Shown one piece after another: positions 60,200 through 64,000 of a stretch of DNA of 64,000 nucleotides. Origin of the DNA: Vicugna vicugna (lineage: Eukaryota); the NCBI GenBank assembly GCA_013265495.1, contig MU058198.1, positions 5,223,779 through 5,287,778 of the forward strand, written 5' to 3'. The position numbers and the translations under genes were made by a program. The notes beneath the pieces were generated by a model that made no database searches, was not told the origin of the DNA, and saw nothing but the letters and a program-made list of their open reading frames with translations. Within the stretch, counting starts at the first letter, position 1; every line of letters starts with the position of its first letter.

Positions 60200-60650
60200 T
60201 TATAGATGTCCAAAAAGACTATGGGACATCTTGTGGGAGACAGAAATCTAATTGGCAATAGAAATGCCTCACATGAGAGGGGTCTTGGTGTGCTAAAGAA
60301 ACTGAAAGAAGACTCAGATAGTTAAAGCATCATGGATGGAGGGATTGGAGTCTAAGGAAAGTCAGATAAGGAGGGAGAGGAGAGATCCCTCAGAACCTTG
60401 TGTTCAGTAAAGGTTTTGAATTATATCCTAAGAGCAGGAGGTAGTCATTAGAGGGTTTTAGACAGGAAGTGACACAAGTCATTTTATATTTTTCAAAGAT
60501 TATTCTGGATGCTAAGTGGAGAATAGACTACAGGAAAGGTGGGCAAGAATGGAAGCAGGAGGATCAGCTGGAAGGATATTGTAGTGGTGCAAAATGGAGA
60601 TGATGTTGGCTTTGTGTTAGGATGATGGACGTGAATATGGAAAGAGATGG
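60200..60650 (-). mobile_element. L2 fragment
   Basis: AAGATTATTCTGGATGCTAAGTGGAGAATAGAC ... AGAATGGAAGCAGGAGGATCAG. Confidence 0.75.
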
Positions 60651-60830
60651 ATGGAGTGAGTGGATTGATGGATGCATGGATAGTTGGATGGATGAATGGA
60701 TGATTGGATGGATGGATGAGTGGATGGGTGATTAGATGAGTGGATGGATGATTAGATGACTGGATGGATGGATGGATGGATGAGTGGATGGACGGTTAGA
60801 TGACTGGATAGATGGATGGATGGATGAGTC
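60645..60830 (+). repeat. (GGAT)n degenerate tetranucleotide repeat
   Basis: Seen directly; includes larger repeated units such as TTAGATGA(G/C)TGGAT. Confidence 0.95.
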
Positions 60831-62839
60831 AATGACAAGGCATGCACAGTTTATGCCCTATGCCCTTGATTTCTTGCTGCTTGAACCCAGAGAGATATTA
60901 ATTGATTTTCTGTAAGAAACTCATTGACTATTTAAGCTTCTCTCAGTCAATCCAGAGAAAATTTAAAAAAAAAAAACATGATAAGCAATAGGTCATTGGT
61001 GTAAATGAAAAACAACTTCTGTGCCATCCTCAAGTTGCAGATGAAGAAATTCAGGTCTTTAGAGAAAAACAACTGGCCTGTGGACAGACAGTCAAGGCAG
61101 GGCTGGGAGCTGAAGTAGGATCCCGCTCTGCTGATCTCAGTTGTAGTGGTCCTTGCTCCGTTGCAGGTGTCTGTTGCCATGCTATTGTGCACCCTTCCTC
61201 ACTAAGGAGAGAAGCCAGGACCATCTGTTACTGCCATCTATCATGGTGACACCAAGCAAAGAGTCTGATGGAAGTCACCGCCGTGCATCGTCCACCAAGA
61301 TAACAGCTAAACAGCTGTACTGAGGAAGGGATGCATTGAGACTCCACTCTGGAGCGAAGTGGGGTAGCAATGCAAGGGCTGCCATTTCACAGGTGTGCCA
61401 AGAAGAATCCATGAGCAGGAGGAAGCTAAGCCGGGTGCATGTCTAAATATATGTACATCTACATCTGGTGACAGAGCGAAACTAAGGCGTTCAGAATGAG
61501 GATTAGGAGTGGGGTCGTTTCAGGGGTCTGGGGATGTCTAAGGCAATGAAGGGAGACGGGGGGGGCAGGAGGGAAGTGAATGAATGGTGAATGGCAGAGC
61601 GAGAGGAGCTCTGAATGGGCAGAGGGGGTGTAGAGTGGGTGTGTGTACGTGTGTCAGTATGTTTGCGTTCCTGTGCGTGGGTGCGCACCAGTGGTTCTGT
61701 GCGTGTGTGTTTACTCATGTTTTTATTTGTGTGTGTAACTGAGAGAAACATGTGAGGCTGTCTCTGAAAATCCTCCTTTTAGAGGTACATGTGCACTTAG
61801 CGGAAAGAGGGATGGAGACGTATTTCTATCTTTTTGGAGTTTAGATCCATATGGGCTTATGGTGGTGGGTGCGGGGTGAGGGAGGTGGTGAGGAGGAATC
61901 AGGGGACAGAAGAGAGAAAGAGAGGGACAGAGAAAGACACTGAGTCAGAGAGAGACAGTCAGAATAGACAGAGAGGTAGAGAGACGGGGAGGGGGTTGCT
62001 GGGGCAGGGAGGATCCCCCAGCCCAGAGGCTGCCAGCAGCTCTTAGCCCACCCCCATCGCCCCGAGGATCTGCGCTCTCCCAGAGTGGTTTTAATCCCAC
62101 ACGCTGTGATTACCCTGCCTATTTTATGGTATGTCAGTCTTCTACATGACTAGAAATTGCTTAGGAAAAGACCTCATTTTTTTTTTCAAACCACTAAAAG
62201 CAGCTCGTCTCTGTTTCTGCTTTCTCTCAAATGCATAGATGAATTCTCGGCAGCCCATCTCACTTCTGCAGCGGGGGTGGCAAGGCCTCCAGGTTATCCT
62301 GGGAGGGAGGGGGAAGGAGGGAGGGGGAAGGGAGAGAGGTTCCACTAGATCACGCCCCAGGTTGTCTAAGTGAAAAATGGAAAGAATAATAGCAATGCCT
62401 TTCTTGCCCCCTCAGGTTTCTCAGGAAGGGGAGAGTAAATCTCCATGAGTTCCCTGGAAGGCAGATTTTATAGAGGCTATGGAGTTGGGTGAGGCGGCCG
62501 GGGCATGTTCAGAGATGGGGAAGTATTTAGACTGAGAAGTCAGGGAGTGTTTCAAGGAGGCACAGGTAAACAAGCCTGGCGTGAGGGTAGCTGGGCTGCC
62601 AAGTTGAGGGTTTGGATTGTGCTTCGTCAGAATCTTTTTGCAGAGTTGAATTCCAACCAGACCAACCTGGCTGGAAAATTGAGCATCCAGTCCTGATGCT
62701 TTTAATATCACTTACCACAATTGGAGAGTTTCTTGAGAAATACAGTGGTACAGTGGCTTGGTGACAACAGAGACAGCTACAGGAACATGCATTAGTGGCC
62801 TCTCAAGACCCCATCCCCAGATAGAGGCAAGTGCACGCA

Positions 62840-63345
62840 ACAAACACTTAGGGAGGGTTTACAATGCGCCTGTCGCTGGGCTGGGTGCTGGGGCACAGCA
62901 GGGAGCACAGGGTCCTGCTGTCACAGAGCTTAGAGGAACGTGGGAAAAAGATAGTTCAGAGGTGAGCCAATAGTTAGATGACGGAGGTAGTGAAAAGAGA
63001 TGTGTAGGAAAAACAGCAATGGATTCGATAGGTGGTGATTCCCTGGGGATATTATATAGAAGGGTTCATTAGGAAAGGGCCATTGAGGAGACATTATTTG
63101 GGCTGAAATCTGAATGATGAGAAAGGAAATGGGAAAGCTTATTTCTAAGTGCAACCAGGAGTCATTGAACGGATTTAGTAGGGAAGTAATAGACTCTGGA
63201 CGCTGGGTAGAAAATGGATTGAATGGGGTTTGGCAAGAGCAGAAAACATAGGGAGCAGTTAGGAGTCCACTGCAGCTGTCCAGGCAACAGATAACGATGC
63301 CTTCGATCAGGGCGGCAGTAGTGGAGATGATTAGATGTGTTTGTC
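62840..63345 (-). mobile_element. L2 3' region
   Basis: GGTCCTGCTGTCACAGAGCTTA ... GGCTGAAATCTGAATGATGAGAAAG ... GCAGTTAGGAG. Confidence 0.7.
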
Positions 63346-63379
63346 GCTACACTCACCAGAGTGGCGAGAACTTAGGAGA

Positions 63380-63990
63380 CTAAAGATACCAAATGATGGC
63401 GGAGAAGTGGAACAACTGGGATTCGCATATGCTGCTGGTGGGAGTATGAACTGATATAAACATTTTAAAGATTGCATGACAGTATCTTCCAAAGCTCAAG
63501 GTGCATCTATCCTGAGACCCAAAAGTTGACTCCTGGAAATATGTTAAATGAGAATGAATCCTCACGTTCACCAAAAAAGAGTAAAAGAATGTATAACAGT
63601 TTTACTCATGGAACCCCCAAGCTGGAAAACCAAATGTCCATCAGCAGGAAAACAGATAAGCAAATGAACTACTGAACCCCTCAACTAAATGCACGCAACT
63701 CACACAGATCGTGTTGAGCAAAACAAAAATAGTCAGTTTCAAAAGACTATATAAGCCCATTAATGTGTGAGTCAAGAACAGATGGGAGAGGTCAGCATAG
63801 TGGTTGCTGTAGAAGGATATTCCGATATTCACTGGAAAGGACATGGGGGAGACTTCTCAGATGCTGGAAATGTGTATCTTGCAGATGGTAGCACAGGTGC
63901 ATGCATGTGTAAAAATGAAAGGAGGGTAATACTTACAGACAATTTTGTAGGTTTTGTACACAGCTTTTCATTCATATGTAAAAATGAATG
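63380..63990 (+). mobile_element. L1ME-type ORF2 end and 3' UTR
   Basis: GGAACAACTGGGATTCGCATATGCTGCTGGTGGGAGTATGAACTG ... CTGGAAAACCAAATGTCCATCAGCAG ... GACTTCTCAGATGCTGGAAATG. Confidence 0.8.
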
Positions 63991-64000
63991 GAGTTTCATA

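Noticed and set aside
1..64000. L1/LTR strand bias as a clue to a host gene's orientation
   Set aside because: L1 and LTR copies occur on both strands with no convincing bias; intronic versus intergenic cannot be decided.

Overview
This is mammalian, repeat-dense, non-coding genomic DNA (intergenic or deep intronic). It is most likely from a camelid: there are two tRNA-derived SINEs of Vic-1 type and artiodactyl-type L1 3' UTRs, and I saw no Alu, PRE-1 or Bov-A/BovB. I can support no protein-coding gene, tRNA, rRNA or CRISPR array. The only ORF peptides I recognise are decayed retroelement proteins (L1 ORF1/ORF2, L2 endonuclease, CR1/L3 ORF2). Most of the window is old repeats: MIR, L2, CR1/L3, L1M, MaLR/ERVL/ERV1 solo LTRs and hAT/Tigger MITEs. 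I assigned these by eye from remembered consensus motifs, so subfamilies and boundaries are approximate. The best observations are a perfect-consensus REST/RE1 site at ~32.9 kb, several repeat-free motif-dense blocks that may be enhancers, and a small CpG-rich patch at ~49.6 kb. Also notable are two 5'-inverted L1 insertions, a ~70-bp segment copied into a TA-rich microsatellite from 1.6 kb away, a long nested L2, and a few speculative exon candidates. The sequence alone does not support a genuinely new biological system.
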